A DNA stretch of 64,000 nucleotides, from assembly GCF_009914755.1 (NCBI RefSeq), contig NC_060938.1. One strand, written 5' to 3'. Positions 15,001 to 29,829 of the stretch are shown here, in pieces. Made by a program: the position numbers and the translations under genes. The notes below the pieces were generated by a model. That model was not told the origin of the DNA and ran no database searches. It saw only the letters and a program-made list of their open reading frames with translations. Origin of the DNA: the human T2T-CHM13v2.0 reference genome, Homo sapiens. Position 1 is the first letter of the stretch; every line of letters starts with the position of its first letter.

Positions 15001-18000
15001 ATGGAATGGAATGGATTGGAGTAGATAGGAACGGAATGGAATGGATTCAGATGGAATTGAAACTAACAGAATGGAATTGAAAGTAATGAAATTGAATGGA
15101 ATGGAATGGACTCGAATAGAATGGACTGGAAAGCAATGGAATACAAGGGAATGGAATCGAATGGAATGAAATGGAATGGAATGGAATGGAATGGAAAGGA
15201 ATGGAATGGCATGGACACGAATGGAATGGAATCGAAAGGAATGGAATCAAACGTAATGGAGTTGATTGGAATGGAAACGAATGGAATGGAATCGAATGGC
15301 ATCCAATGGAATCGAATAGAATCAAGTGATATCGAATGGAATGCTGTGAAGTGGAGTGCAGTGGAATGCAGAAGAATGGAATGAGGTGGAATGGAATTGA
15401 ATCGAGAGGAGTAGAGTGGAGTGGAATGGAGTCGAATGGAATGGAATGGTGTGGAATGGTGTGGAATGCAGTGGAATGGAATGGAATTGAATTGAATGGA
15501 CAGGAATGGAATTCACACGAATGGAATGGAATGGAATGGAATGGAATGGAAAGGAATGGAATACCATAGAATCAAATGTAATGGAATGGAAACGAAAGGA
15601 ATGGAATTGAATGGAATGGACTCGAATGGAATGGAATGGAGTGGAATGGAATGGAACGGAGCGAATTGGAATAGAATGGATTTGAATCAAATCAAATGGA
15701 ATGGAATTGAACGGAATGGAATAGAATGAAACGGAACGGAATGGAAAAGAATGGACTTGAAGGGAAAGGAATTGAACTGAGGGGAATTAAATTGAATGGA
15801 TTCGAATGGACAGGAATCCTGTGGAATGGACTCAAATGGAATGTAATCGAAAGGAATGGACACTAATGGAATGGAATAAAATGGAATGGAAACGAATGGA
15901 ATGAAATAGTATGGAAGGGAATCGAATGGAATGGAATCGCATGGAATGGACTGCAATGGAATGGACTCGAATGCAATGGACTCGAAAGGAATGGGTTGCA
16001 GTGGAATGGACTCGAAAATAATGCACTCGAATGGAATGGAATCGAATGGAAGAGAATCGAACGGAATGGAGTGGAATGGAATGCAGTGGAATGGAACGGA
16101 ATGGAATTGAGTGGAATGGAATAGAACGGAATGCTATCGAATGGAATGCAATCGAATGGAATGGAATGGAATGCAGTGGAATCGAATGGAATGGACTGGA
16201 ATGGAATGGACACGAACGGAATGGACTGGAATGGAATAGAATCGAATGGAATGGATTCTAACAAAACGGAATGGAATGGAATGGAATGGAATGGAATGGA
16301 ATGGAATAGACTCGAATGGTATGGAATCTAATCCAAAGTTATCAAATGGAATGGAGTCGAATGGATTGGAATCAAATGTAATGGAATCAAATGGAATGAA
16401 ATCGAATGGCATCGAATGGAATCGAATGGAATCAAATGGCATCAAATAGAATGGGGTGAAGTACACTGGAGTGGAGTGGAATGGAGTGGAATGGAATGGG
16501 GTAGAACGGAATTGAATGGAGTGGAATGGAGTGGAATGGAGTGAAGTGGAATGGAGTGGAATGGAATGGAATGGAGTGGAATGGAGTGGAATGGAGTGGA
16601 ATGGAATAGACTCGAAAGGAATGGCATGGAATAGAATGCACTCGAATGGAATGGAATGGAATGAAATGGAATGGAATGGAAAGGAATGGACCCAAATGAA
16701 ATGGAATTGAAAGAAATGGATTTGAACAGAATGGAACAGAGTGGAATGGAATGGAATGGAAAGGAATGGACTTGAATGGAATGGAATCTAACAAAATGGA
16801 ATTGAATGGAATGGAACCATATGGACACAAACTAAATGGAATGCAATCGATAGAAACTGATTCGAATGGAGTGGAATCAAATGGCACTGAATGGAATTGA
16901 ATGGAATGTGGTGAAGTGGAGTGTAGGGGAGTGTAATAAAGTGGAATGGAATGGAGTAGAGAGGAATGGAATGGAGTGGAGTGGATTGGAGTGGAATGGA
17001 ATGGAATGGACCCGAGTGGAATGGAGTCGAATGTAATGGACTCGAATGGAATAGAATCGAAAGCAATGGCCTTGAATTGTATGAAATGGAATGGAACGGA
17101 ACAGAATCAAATACAATGGAATGTAATGAAATGGAATGGACTACAATGGAATGGAATGGAATGGAATGGACTCGAATGTAATGGAAAGGAAGAGAGTCAA
17201 CTCGAATGAAATGGACTCGAATGGAATAGACTCTAAATCAATGGACTCGAAAGTAATAGACTTGAAAGGAATGGAATCAAATGGAATGGAATCGAATGGA
17301 ATGCAATAGTATGGAAGAGAATCGAATGTAATAGAATCAAATGGAATGGACTGGAATGGAATGGCCTCGAATAGAATGGATTGCAATTGAATGGACTCTA
17401 ATGGATTGGAATCAAATGGAATGGAAGTGAAGGGAATTGAATCGAATGGAATGCAATGCAATTGAATGCAATGGAATCGATTGGAATGGAATAGAACAGA
17501 ATGGAATGGAATGTACTCGAAAGGAATGGAATCAAATGGAATGGAACCAAATGGAATGGAATCTAAAGGCATGGAATGAAATCGAATGGAATGCGGTTAT
17601 GTGGAGTGAAGTGGAATGGAATGGGGTGGAATGGAATTGAATGTGGTGGAGTGGAGTGGAGTGTAATGGAGTGGAATGGAATGGAATTGTGTGGAGTGGA
17701 GCAGATTGGAGTGGAATGCAGTGGCATGGAAAGTTATGGAATGGAATGGAATGGAATGGAATGGAGTAGACAGGAGTGGAATGATATGGAAAGGAAAAGA
17801 ATGGAAAGGAATGGAATGGAATAGAATAGAATGGAATGGAATGGAATGGAATGGAATGTGAAGGAATGGAATTGAACAAAGTGGAGTGAAGTGGAATTGA
17901 GTGGAATGGAAAGCAATGGAATGGAGTGGAATGGAGTGATATGGAGAGGAAAGAAATATAGTGGAGCGGACTGTAGTGGAGTGGAATGAAATGGAAGGGA

Positions 18001-21000
18001 AAGGAAGGGAATGGAAGGCAAGGGAATGGAATGGAATGGAATGGAATAGACTCGAAAGGAAAGGAACCGCATGGAAGCTACTATAATGGAATGGACTGGA
18101 ATGGAATGGAATCAAATGCAACGGAATCAAACTGGATTGAAATGGAATGGAATGAGAAGGAATAGAATTGAACAGAGAGGAGTGGAGTGGAGAGGAATGC
18201 AATGGAATGGAATGGAATGGAGTGGAATGGAGTGGAGTGAAATGGAGTGGTGGGTAATGCAATTGAATGGAATGGAATGGAGTGATGTGCAGTGGAGTGG
18301 AGTGGAGTGAGGTGGCATGGAGTGGAAGGCAATGGAATCCAACGGAGTGGAGTGGGGTGGCATGGGGTGGTGTGGAATGGAATAGAGTGGAGTCGGTAGG
18401 AGTGGATTATAGTGGAGTGGAGTGAAATGGAGAGGAGTCGCATGGAGTGGAGTGGAGTGGAATGGAATGGAATGGAATCAAAGGGAGAGGAGTGGAGTGG
18501 AGTGGAATGCAATGAATGGAATGGAATGGAATGGAATGGAATGGAATGGAATGGAATGGAATCCAATGGCTAGGAATCGAATGGCATCGCATGGAATCGA
18601 ATGGAGTGCATTGAAGTGGAGTGAAGTGGAGTGGAGTGGAGTTGAAGAGAGTGGAATGGAATGTTGTGGAATGGAATAGAATGGAGTGGAGTGGAGTGGA
18701 TTGGAATGGAGTGGAATGAAATGGAATGGAACAGAATGGACTGGAAAGGAATGGAATGGGAAGGAAAGGAATTGAACAAAGTGGAGTGAAGTGGATTGGA
18801 ATGGAATGGAATGAAATGGAATGAAATGGAGTTTAGTGGAGTGGAGTGGAGTGAAGAGGAGTGGAGTCAAATGCAATTGAATGGAATGGAATGGAGTGAT
18901 GTGCAGTGGAGTGGAGTGGAATGGAGTGGAGTGCAATGCAATGGAGTGGAATGGAGTGGAGTGGTTGGAGTGGAGTGGAATGGAGTGGAATGGAATGGAA
19001 TTGAATAAAATGAAAAGGAATAGAATGTAATGGAATGGAATGGAAAGGATTGGAATGGAACAGAAAGGAAACAAATGCAATGGAAAGGAATGGAATGGAT
19101 TGGATTGGAGTGGAGTGCAGTGGAGTGAAATGCAAAGGAAACGAGTGGAATGGAATGGAGTGGAGTGGAATGGAATGGAGTAGATTCAAGTGAACTGCAC
19201 TGGAGTGGGATAGAATGGAATGGAATGGAATGGAGAGGAGTTGAGTGGAGTGGAATGGAACGGAATGAAATGGAATAGAGTAGAATGGAATGGAATTGAA
19301 TGGAATGGACTGGAATGCAATAGATTCGAACAGAATGGACTCGAAAGAAATGGAAACATTCGGAAAGGAGTCAAATGGAATGGATTCGAATGGATTGCCA
19401 TTGAGTGGAATGGAACTGGATGGCATCGAACGGAATTGAATGGAATGAGGTGAAGTGCAGTGGAGTGGAATGCAGTGGAATGGATTGGAAAGGGAAGGAA
19501 TGGAATTGAAAGGAATGTAGTGGTGTGGAGTGGAGTGGAATGGAATGGAATGGAATGGAATGGAATGGAATGGAATTGAATGGAATCAAATGGAATGGAA
19601 CCGAACGGCATTGAATGGAATCGAAAGGAATCGAATGGAATATGGTGAAGTGGAGTGAAGTGGAATGGAGTGGAATGGAATGGGGGAGAATGTAACTGAA
19701 TGGAGTGGAGTGGAGTGGAATGGAGTGCAGTGGAATGTAATGGGAAGGAATTGAATTGAACAGTGTGGAGTGGAGTTCAGTGTAGGGTAATGCAATGGAA
19801 CCGAAAGGAATGCAGTGGTGTGCAGTGGAGTTTAATGCAATGTAATGGAATTGAGAGGAGAGGAGTGAAGTGGCGTGGAGTGTAATGCAATGGAAAGGAA
19901 TGGAGTGTAGTGGGGTGTCATGGAATGGAGTGGAATGGAACAGAGTGGAGTCAGTTGGAGTGGATTGGTGTGGAGGAGAGTGGAATGGATTGGAGTGGAA
20001 TGGAGTGGAGTGGAGTGGAATAGAATGGAATGGAATCAAATGGAGAGGAGTGCAGTGGAGTGCAGTGGAATGTAATGAATGGAATGGAATGGACTGGAAT
20101 GTAATGGTATTGTATGGATAGGAATCGAATGGCATCGAATGGAAACGAATGGAGTGTGGCGAAATGGAGTGAAGTGGAGTGGAGTGGAAAGGAATGGAGT
20201 GGAATGGAAAGTAGTGGCATGGAATTGAATGGAGTGGAGTGGAGTGGAATTGAGTGGAATGGAATGGAATGGAGTGGAATAGAGTGGAATGGAGTGGAAT
20301 GGAATCTAGTGGAGTGGAATGCAGTGGAGTGGAATGGAATGGACTCGAATGGAATGGACCCGAATATAATGGACTGGAATGGAAAGGACTGGAATGGAGT
20401 ATACTAGAATAGAATGGAATCAAATGGAATGCAATCTATTGGAATGGAATCGAATGGAATGGAGTGGAATGGAATTGAATGGAATGGAGTCGAATGGAAT
20501 GGAACCAAAAGAAATGGAATTGAATGGAAAGGAATCGATTGGCATCGAATAGAATCGAATGGAATGCGGTGAAGTGGAGTGGAGAGGATTGAAATGGAGT
20601 GGAATGGAATGTGTTGGATTGGAATTGAATGTATAAGAGTGGAGTGGACTGGAATCCAGTGTAATGGAATGCAATGGGAAGTAATAGAATTGAACGGATT
20701 GGAGTAGAGTGGAATGGAATGGAGTGGAGAGGAGTGGAGTGGAGAAAATTGGACTGGAGTGGAATGCAAATGAATGGAATGGAATGGAATGGACAGATGT
20801 GCAATGGTGAGGAGTGGAGTCGATTGGAATGGAGTGGAACTGGGAGGAGGGGAGTGGAGTGGAATGGAGAGGAGTGGAATGGAATGGAGAGGAATGGAGT
20901 GGAGTGGATTTGAGTGGAGTGGAATGGAGTGGAATGGAATGGAATGCAAAGGAATCGAATGGAATGGAATGGAATCAAATGGAAGGGAACAGAATGGAAT

Positions 21001-24000
21001 GGAATGGATTGGAAATGAAATGGAATGGAACCGATTGCAATGGAATGGAATGAAATGGAGTGGAGTACACTGGAGTGAAATGCAATGGAATGGAATGGAA
21101 TGGAGTGGAGTGGAGTGGAATGGAATGGAATGGAATGGAGATTAGTGGAGTGGAGTGGACTGGAATGGAGTTTTGTGGAATGGAATGGATTGGAGTTGAG
21201 TGTACTGGAGGGGAGTGGGATAGAATGGAATGGAATTTAATGGAATGGAGTGGAGTGGAATGGAATGGAATGGAATGGAATGCAATGGAATGGAATGGAA
21301 TGGAATGGAATCAAATGTAGTGGAATTGAATGGAATGGACTCGAATAGAATGGACTCGAATGGAATGAAATCGAACGGAGTGGAGTCAAATGGAATGGAA
21401 ACGAAAGGCATCGAATGGAATCGAATGGAATGTGGTAAAGAGGAGTGCAGTGGAATGAAGTGGAATGCAATGGGGTGTAATGGAATAGAATGGAGTGGAG
21501 TGGAGTGGAATGGAGTGGAATGTACTGGAAAGGAAAGAAAGTAATTGAACAGAGTGGTGTGGAATGGAGTGAGGTGGTGTCGAATGCAATGAAATGGAAT
21601 GGAATGCAACGGAATGGAATGGAAAGGATTCGAAAGGAATGGACTCGAATGGAATGGAATCGAATGGAATGAAATCAAACGGAATGGAATCGAATTGCAT
21701 CAAATATAATTTAATGGAATCGAATGGAATGCGGTGAAGTTGAGTGGAGTGAAGTGGAATGAAGTGGAATGGAATGGGTGGAATGTATTCAAAAGGATCG
21801 GAGTGGAGTGGATTGGAGTGCAATGGAATGGAAAGGGAAGGAATGGAATTGAACGTAGTGGAGCGGAGTTGAGTTGAGGGAAGTGCAATGGAATCGAAAG
21901 TAATGGAGTGGAGTGCAGAGGAGTGGAATGGAGTGGAATTCAATGGAATGGAATGGATTGGAGTGGAGGCGAGTGAAATAGAATGGAATGGAGTGGATTG
22001 GAGTGGAGTGGAGAGGATGGAGTGGAGTGTATTGGAATGGAGTGGAGTGGAGTTCAGTGGCAAGGAATGCAGTGGAATGGAATGCAATGGACTTGAATGG
22101 AATGGAATCAAATGGAATGGAATAATATGGCATCGATTGAAATCGAATGGAGTGTGGTGAGGGGGAGGGAAGTGGACTCGAATGGAATGGACTGGAATGG
22201 AAAGGACACGATTGGAATGCAATGGAATGCACTGCCATTGAATGGAATGTAATCGAATGGTATGGAATCGAGTGGAATGGAATCGAGTGGAATGGAATCG
22301 AATGGAATGGAAATAACTCGAATGGAAAAGGCTGGAATGGAATGAACTCCAATGGAATGGAATCCAATGGAATGGATTCGAAAGGTATGGAATGAAATGG
22401 AATGCAATGGAATGCAATGGAAAGCAATGGAATGGAACGGAATGTAATGGAATGGATTAGAATGTAATGGAATTCAAACGAATGGATTCTAATGAAATGG
22501 AGTGGAATCAAATGGAATCGAATGGAAAGGAATTGAATGGAATATAATGGAATGGAAAGGAATAGAATGGAGTGGAGTCAAATGGAATGGAATCGAATGG
22601 AAAGGAATTGAATGGAATGGATTAGAATGGAATAGAATGGAATGGAATGGCATTGAATGGAATTGAATGGAATCAAAAGACATCGCATGCAATGGAACAC
22701 AATGCATTGAAGTGGAGTGCAATGGAGTGGAATGCAATGGGGTGGAAAGGAATTGAAAAGATTGAATTGGGGTGAGTTGAAAAGGAGTGGAAAGGAATGG
22801 AAGGTGAAGGAATGGAATTGAATGGAGTGGAGTGCAGTGTAGTTGAGTGGAATGGAATGGAATGGAATGGAATGGAATGGAATGGAGTGGAATTGAGTGG
22901 AAATTTATGGAGTGGAGTGGAATGGAGTGGATTGGAATGGACTCGAATGGAATGCACTGGAATGGAATGCATTCAAATGACATGGAATGGAATGGAATGC
23001 AGTTGAATGGAATGGAATGGGATTGAATGTAATTGTACGGTATGGAATGGAATGAATTGGAATGGAATGGAATGGAAGGGAAGGGAATCAAATGGAAAGT
23101 AATTGAACAGAATGGAATGGAATGGACTTGAAAGGAATGGAATCAAATTGAATAGAATGGAATGGAATGGAATCGAATGGAATGGAATCAAAAAATGGAA
23201 TAGAATGGAATGGAATTGAATTGTATGGCAAGGAATGGAAACACATAAAATCAAATGGCATCGAATGGAGTCAAATGTCATGTGGCGAAGTGGAGTGGAA
23301 TGGATTAGGGTGGAATGGAATTGACTGCAATGGAGTGGAGTGGAGTGGAATAGACTGGAATGGAATGGAATAGGAAGGAATGGAATTGAACAAAGTACAG
23401 TAAAGTGGAGTTGAGTGGAATGGAATGGAATGGAGTGGAATGGAGTGGAATGGAGTGGAATATAGTGGAATGTAATGGATTGTAGTGGAATGGAGTGGAG
23501 TGGAATGAAACGGAAGGGAAGGGAATGCAAGGGTGGGGAAAGGAATGGAATAGAATGGAATGGAATGGAATGAACTCGAATGGAATAGACCCGAATGGAA
23601 TGGACCAGAATGGAATGGTCTCAAATGGAATGGATGCGAATGGAATGGAATCAAATGAAATGCAATCTAATGGAACAGAATCAAATGGACTGGAATCGAA
23701 CAGAATAGAATTGAATGGAATGGAAACAATTGTAATGGAATCCAATTTAATGGAATCTACTGGCATCGACTGGAATCGAAAGGAATGAGGTGAATTGGAG
23801 TGAAATGGAATGGAATGGAGTGGAATGGAATGGGGTGGAATAGAATTGAATGGATACGAGAGGAGTGGATTGGAATCGACTAGAATGAAATGGAATGGGA
23901 AGGAAGAGAACTGAACAAAGTGGAGTAGAGTGGAGTTGAATGTAATGGAATGGAATTGAATGGAGTAGAGTGGAGTGGAGTGAAGTAGTATGGAATGGAA

Positions 24001-27000
24001 TGCAATTGAATGGAATGGAATTGAGTGATGTGGAGTGGAGTGGAGTGGAGTGGAGTGGAATGGAGGGGAATGGGGGGGAGTGCAGTGGAGTGGAATGGAG
24101 TGGAGCAGAATGGAATCGAGTCAATGCCATGGAGTAGAGTGGAGTGGAGTGGAGTGGATTGCAACGGAATGGAAAGGAATGCAATGCAATGGAAACGAAT
24201 GCTATGGAATGGAGTCGTATGGAATGGAATGGAATGGATTGGAATGGAACACAATGGAACAGAATGCAATGGAATGGAATGGAGTGGAGTGGAGTGGAAT
24301 GAAATGCAATGGAATGGAATGGAGTGGAGTGGAGTATACTGGAATATAATGTAATGGAATGGAATGGAATAGAATGGACTCCTATAGAATGGACTCTAAT
24401 GGAATAGAATCATATGTAATGGAGTCAAATGGAATAAATTCAAATGGAATGCAATCGAGTGGAATGGAATCTAATGGCATGGAACAGAATCGAAAGGAAA
24501 GTGGTGAAATGGAGTCGAGTAAAGAGAAATGGAGTGGAATGTAATGGGGTGTAGCAGAATTGAATGGAGTGGAGTGGAGTGGAATAGACTGGAATGGATT
24601 TTAAAGGGAAAGTACAGAAATGAAAGGAGTGGTGTGGAGTGGAGTTTAGTGGAGTGGAATGGAATGAAATGGAATGGAATGGAATAGAATGGAATGGAAT
24701 GGAAAGGATACGAATGGAATGGACTCGAATGGAATGGAATCAAATGGAATGAAATCGAATGGAATTGAATCGAATGGAATGCAATAGAATGTCTTCAAAT
24801 GGAATCGAATGGAAATTGGTGAAGTGGACGGGAGTGAAGTGGAAGAGAGTGGAATGGAATGGGGTGTAATGTAATTTAATGGAGTGGTGTTGAGTGGAGT
24901 GGAATGGAGTGCAATGGAATGGAAAGACAAGGGATGGAATGGAATGGAATGGAGTGGAGTTGAGTGGAATAGAATGCAATGGAATCAAAAGGAATAGATG
25001 GGAGTGGAGTGGATTGGAGTGGAATGCAATGGAATGGAGTGGAGTGGAGTGGAGAGCAATGCAATGGAATGGAATGGAGTAGAGTGGAGTGGCGTGGAGT
25101 GGAGTGGAATGGAATGGAGTGGAGTGGAGTGGAATGGATTGGAGTGGAGTGCAGTGGAATAAAGTGGAGTGGAGTGGATTGGAATGGAATGGAATGCAGT
25201 GGAGTGGAGTGGATGGGAGTGGACTGGAATGCAATGAAATGTAATGGAATTGAATGGAATGAAATCTAATGGCATCGAATGAGATCAAATGGAATATGTT
25301 GAAGAGGAGAGGATTGGAATGGAATGGAATGGAATGTGGGGAAATGGAAAAAAATGGGGTGGAGTGGAGTGGAGTTGAATGGGGTGGAATGGAATGGAAT
25401 TGGAAGGATTGGAATGGAACGGAGTTTAGTGGAGTGGAGTGGAATGGAGTCGAATGGAATGGACTGGACTGGAATGGAATGGAATGGAGTGGAATCAAAT
25501 GTAATGGGCTCAAAAGGAATGGAATCAAATGAAATGGAATCAAATTGAAAGGAATTGAATGGAATGAAATGGAATCGAATGGAATGGAATCATATGGCAT
25601 CGAGTGGAATCGAATAGTAGGCGATGAAGTGGAGTGGAGTGCATTGGAGTGGAACGGAGTGGAATGGAAGGTGGATGAATGGAAAGAATGGATTGGAGTC
25701 GAGTAGAGTGGAAGGGAGTGGAATAGAATGGAAAGGGAAGTAAAGGAATTGAACAGAGAGTAGTGGAGAGGAGTGGCATAGAGTGGAGTTGCATGCAATG
25801 GAATGGCATGGAATGGAATGGAGTGGACTGGAGGGGAGTGGAAAGGAATGGAGTGGAGTGGAATGTAAGGGAATGGAATGGAATGGAATGGAAAGGATGG
25901 AGTGGAGTGAAGTGGAGTGAAGTGGAGTTTAGTGGATTGGAGTGGAATGGAATGGAATTGCATGGACTCGAATGGAATGGAATTGAATATCATGGAATTG
26001 AATGGAATGGAATTGAACGGAATGGAATCGAATGACATCGACTGGAATCGAATGGGAAGCAGTAAAAAGGGAGAGGATTGGAGTGCAATGGAGTGGAATG
26101 GAATGGGATGGAAAGGAATGGAATGGAACGGAGTAGAGGGAAGTAGAATGGAGTGGAATTAAATGGAATAGGTAGGAATGGAAGTGAACGGGGTGGATTG
26201 GAGTGGAGTGGAGTGGAATGGAGTGGTATGTAATGGAATGTATTGGAATGCAATGGAATGGAATGGACTAGAATGGAATGGAATTGAATGGAATGCAATT
26301 GAATGGATGGAATCAAATTGAATGGAATCGAATGGAAAGTAATCATAAGGAATGGAATCGAATGGAATGGATCAAATGGAATGGAATCGAATGGTATCCT
26401 AAGCAATCAAATGGAATGCGGTGCAGTGGAGATGAGTGGAGAGGAATGGATTGGAATGGAATAGTGTAGAATGGATTGAATGGAGTGCAGTGGAGTGGAA
26501 AGGAGTGGAACAGAATGGGAAGGAACGGAGGTGAATGGAGAGGAGCGAAGTGGAGTAGATTGGAACGCAATGGAATGCAATGGAATGGGTGGAGTGGAGT
26601 GGAATGGAATGAAATGGGAAAGAATAGAAGTGAACGGAGGGGAGTGGAGTGGAACCCAATGGAATGCAATGGAATGGATAGCAGTTTAGTGGCGTGGAGT
26701 GGATTGGAATGAAATGGAGTTGAGTGGACTGGAGTGGAGTGGAATGGAATGGAGTGGATTGGAGTGGAGTGGAGTGATGGGGGATAGAATGGAACGGAAT
26801 GAATGGAATGGAATGGAGTGGAGAGGAGTGGAGTGGAATGGAGTGGAATGGAATGGAATGGAGTAGAATGGAATGGAATGGAATGGAGAGGAATGGAATG
26901 GAATGGAATGAAGTGGAGTGGAATGGAGTGTAGTGGAGTTGAATGACATGCAATGCAGTAGAGTGGAATGCAATGGAATGGAATGGAATTCAGTGAAGTG

Positions 27001-27540
27001 GAATGGAGTGTAGTGTAGTTGAATGAAATGCAATGGAGTAGAGTGGAATGCAATGGAATGGAATGGAAAGGAATGGAATCAAATCAAATGGAACGGAATA
27101 GAATGGAATGGAATTGAATGGAATGGAATGGCATGGAAAGGAATCACATTGAATAGAATTGCATGGCATCAAATGGAATCAAATGGAATGTAGTGAAGTG
27201 GAGTGGAGTGGAATGGAGTGGAATGGAATGGGGTGAAATGGAATTGAATGGAGTGTAGTGGAGTGCAATGCTGTAGAATGGAATGGAATGGGAAGGAATG
27301 GATTTGAACAAAGTTGAATGAAGTGGAGTGGAGTTGAATGGAATGCAGTGGAATGGAACAGAGTGGAGTGGAATGGAAAGGAGTGGAATGGATTGGAGTG
27401 GAAACGAATGGAATGGAATGGAGAGTGGTGGAATGGAGGGGAAAGGAAGGGAAAGGACTGGAATACAAATGAATGAAATGCAATGGCCTCAAATGGAATA
27501 GCCTCGAATATAATGGACCGGAATGGAATGGACTCGAATG

Positions 27541-27710
27541 GAATGGAATTGAATAGAAAGGAATCGAATGGAAAGGACATGAATGGAATGGAATGGAATG
27601 GAATCGAATGGAATGGAATCGAATGGAATGGAATTGAATAGAAAGGAATCGAATGGAAAGGACATGAATGGAATGGAATGGAATGGAATCGAATGGAATG
27701 GAATCGAATG
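27541..27710 (+). repeat. 85-bp tandem duplication
   Basis: GAATGGAATTGAATAGAAAGGAATCGAATGGAAAGGACATGAATGG starts at 27541 and again at 27626. Confidence 0.9.
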
Positions 27711-28341
27711 CAATGGATTGGAATGGAATGGAATGGAATGGATTGGAATGGACTGGAATGGAATGGAACGGACTTCAATGGAATGGACTCAAATGGAATG
27801 GAATAGAACAGAGTGGGATCGAATGGAAGAGAATCGAATGGAATGGAATCGAATTTAAGGGAATCAAATGTAATGGGATCGAATGCAATGGAATCGAATG
27901 GAATGGAATCCAGTGGCATAGAAGGGAATCGAATGGAAGGCGATGAAATAAAGTGGAGTGAAGTGGAATGGAGTGGAATGGAAAGGGGTGGAATGGAAAT
28001 GAGTGCAGTGTACTGGAGTGGAATGCAGTGGAAAGGGAAGGAATGGATTTGAACGGATTTGAGGGTAGTAGAGGGGAGTGGAATGCAGTGCAATGGAATG
28101 GAATGGAGTCGTGTGGAATGGAATGGAGTGGAATGGAGTGAAATGAAATGCAATGGAACGGAATGGAGTGGAGTGGAATGGAGTACGATGGAACGGAATG
28201 GAATGGAATGGAACGGAATGGCCTCGAATGGAATTTACTCGAATGGAATGGAAACGAATAGAATGGATTCGAATGGAATGGAAAGGAATGGAATTGAATC
28301 GACAGGAATGACATTGAACGGAATCAATCGAAAGGAATGGA

Positions 28342-28785
28342 ATGGAATGGAATGGAGTGGAATGGAATGCAGTGGAACGGAATGGAGTGGAACTGAATGG
28401 AATGGAATGGAGTGGAATGGAATGCAGTGGAACGGAATGGAGTGGAACGGAATGGAATGGAATGAAATGGAATGGAATGGAATGCATTAGAATGGAATGG
28501 AATGGAATCGAATGGAATGGAATCAAAGAGAATGGAATCGAATGGAATGAAATGGAATGGAATGGAATGGAGTGGAATGGAATGCAGTGGAACGGAATGG
28601 AGTGGAACTGAATGGAATGGAATGGAGTGGAATGGAATGCAGTGGAACGGAATGGAGTGGAACGGAATGGAATGGAATGAAATGGAATGGAATGGAATGC
28701 ATTAGAATGGAATGGAATGGAATCGAATGGAATGGAATCAAAGAGAATGGAATCGAATGGAATGAAATGGAATGGAATGGAATGC
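28342..28785 (+). repeat. 215-bp tandem duplication, apparently identical copies
   Basis: AACTGAATGG occurs at 28391 and 28606; AATCAAAGAGAATGG occurs at 28521 and 28736. The ORF-track translations starting at 28342 and 28557 are identical for more than 70 codons. Confidence 0.92.
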
Positions 28786-29829
28786 ACGCCATTGGAATGT
28801 ATTTAAATGGAAAGGAATCGAATGGAATGGGATCGAATTTAATGGAATCAAACTGAATAGAATCGAATGGAATGGGATCCAAAGCAATGGAATCGAATGG
28901 AATGGAATCCAATGGCATCGAATGAAATCGAATGGAATGCGGAGAACTGAAGTGGAGTAAAGTGGAATGTAGTGGAATGGAATGGGGTGGTATGAAATTT
29001 AATGGAGTGGAGTGGAGTGGAATGCAGTGGAATGGAATGCAATGGGAAGGAATGGTATAGAACGGAGTGTTGTGGAGTGGAGTGGGTTAGAATGGAATGC
29101 AAACGAATGGAATGGAATGGAATGCAGTGGAACAGAATGGAATGGAATGGATTCGGGTGTAATGGACACGAATGGAATGGACTTGAATGGAATGGAATCA
29201 AATGGAATGTAATGCAATAGTTTGGAATGGAATGGAATGGATTGGAAAGGGGTGATAATGAATGGAATGGAATGGAATAGAATGGACTCGAATGGATTGA
29301 ACTGGAATGAAATGGACACTAATGGAATGCACACAAAAGGAATGGACTCAATGGGAATGGAATCGAGTGGAATGCAATCGAATGGAATGTAATGGAATCG
29401 AATAGAATGGAATCGAATGGAATGCACAGGATTGGAATGGACACGAATGGAATGGAATGGAAGGCAATGGAATAGAATGGAATGGAATCGAAAGGAACGG
29501 AATGGAATGGAATGGAATGAAATGGCATGGACTCGAATGGAATGGAATCGAAAGGAATGGAATCAAATTGAATGGAGTCGAATGGAATGGAATCGAATGG
29601 AATGGAATCGAATGGCATCGAATGGAATCGAATTGAATCCAATGGTATTGAATGGAATGTGGTGAAGTGGAGTGGAGTGGAATGGAATGGAATGGGGTGG
29701 AATAGAATGGAGTGGAGTGCAGTACAGTGAAATGGAGTCGAATGGAATGGAATGGAGTGGAATGCAGTGGAATGCAGTTGAATGGAATGGAATGGAGTGG
29801 AATGCAGTGGAATGTAGTGGAATGTAATG

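Noticed and set aside
24061-24082. G-rich patch GGAGGGGAATGGGGGGGAG as a G-quadruplex
   Set aside because: It does not contain four G3 tracts and is best explained as mutated GGAGT/GGAAT pentamers.
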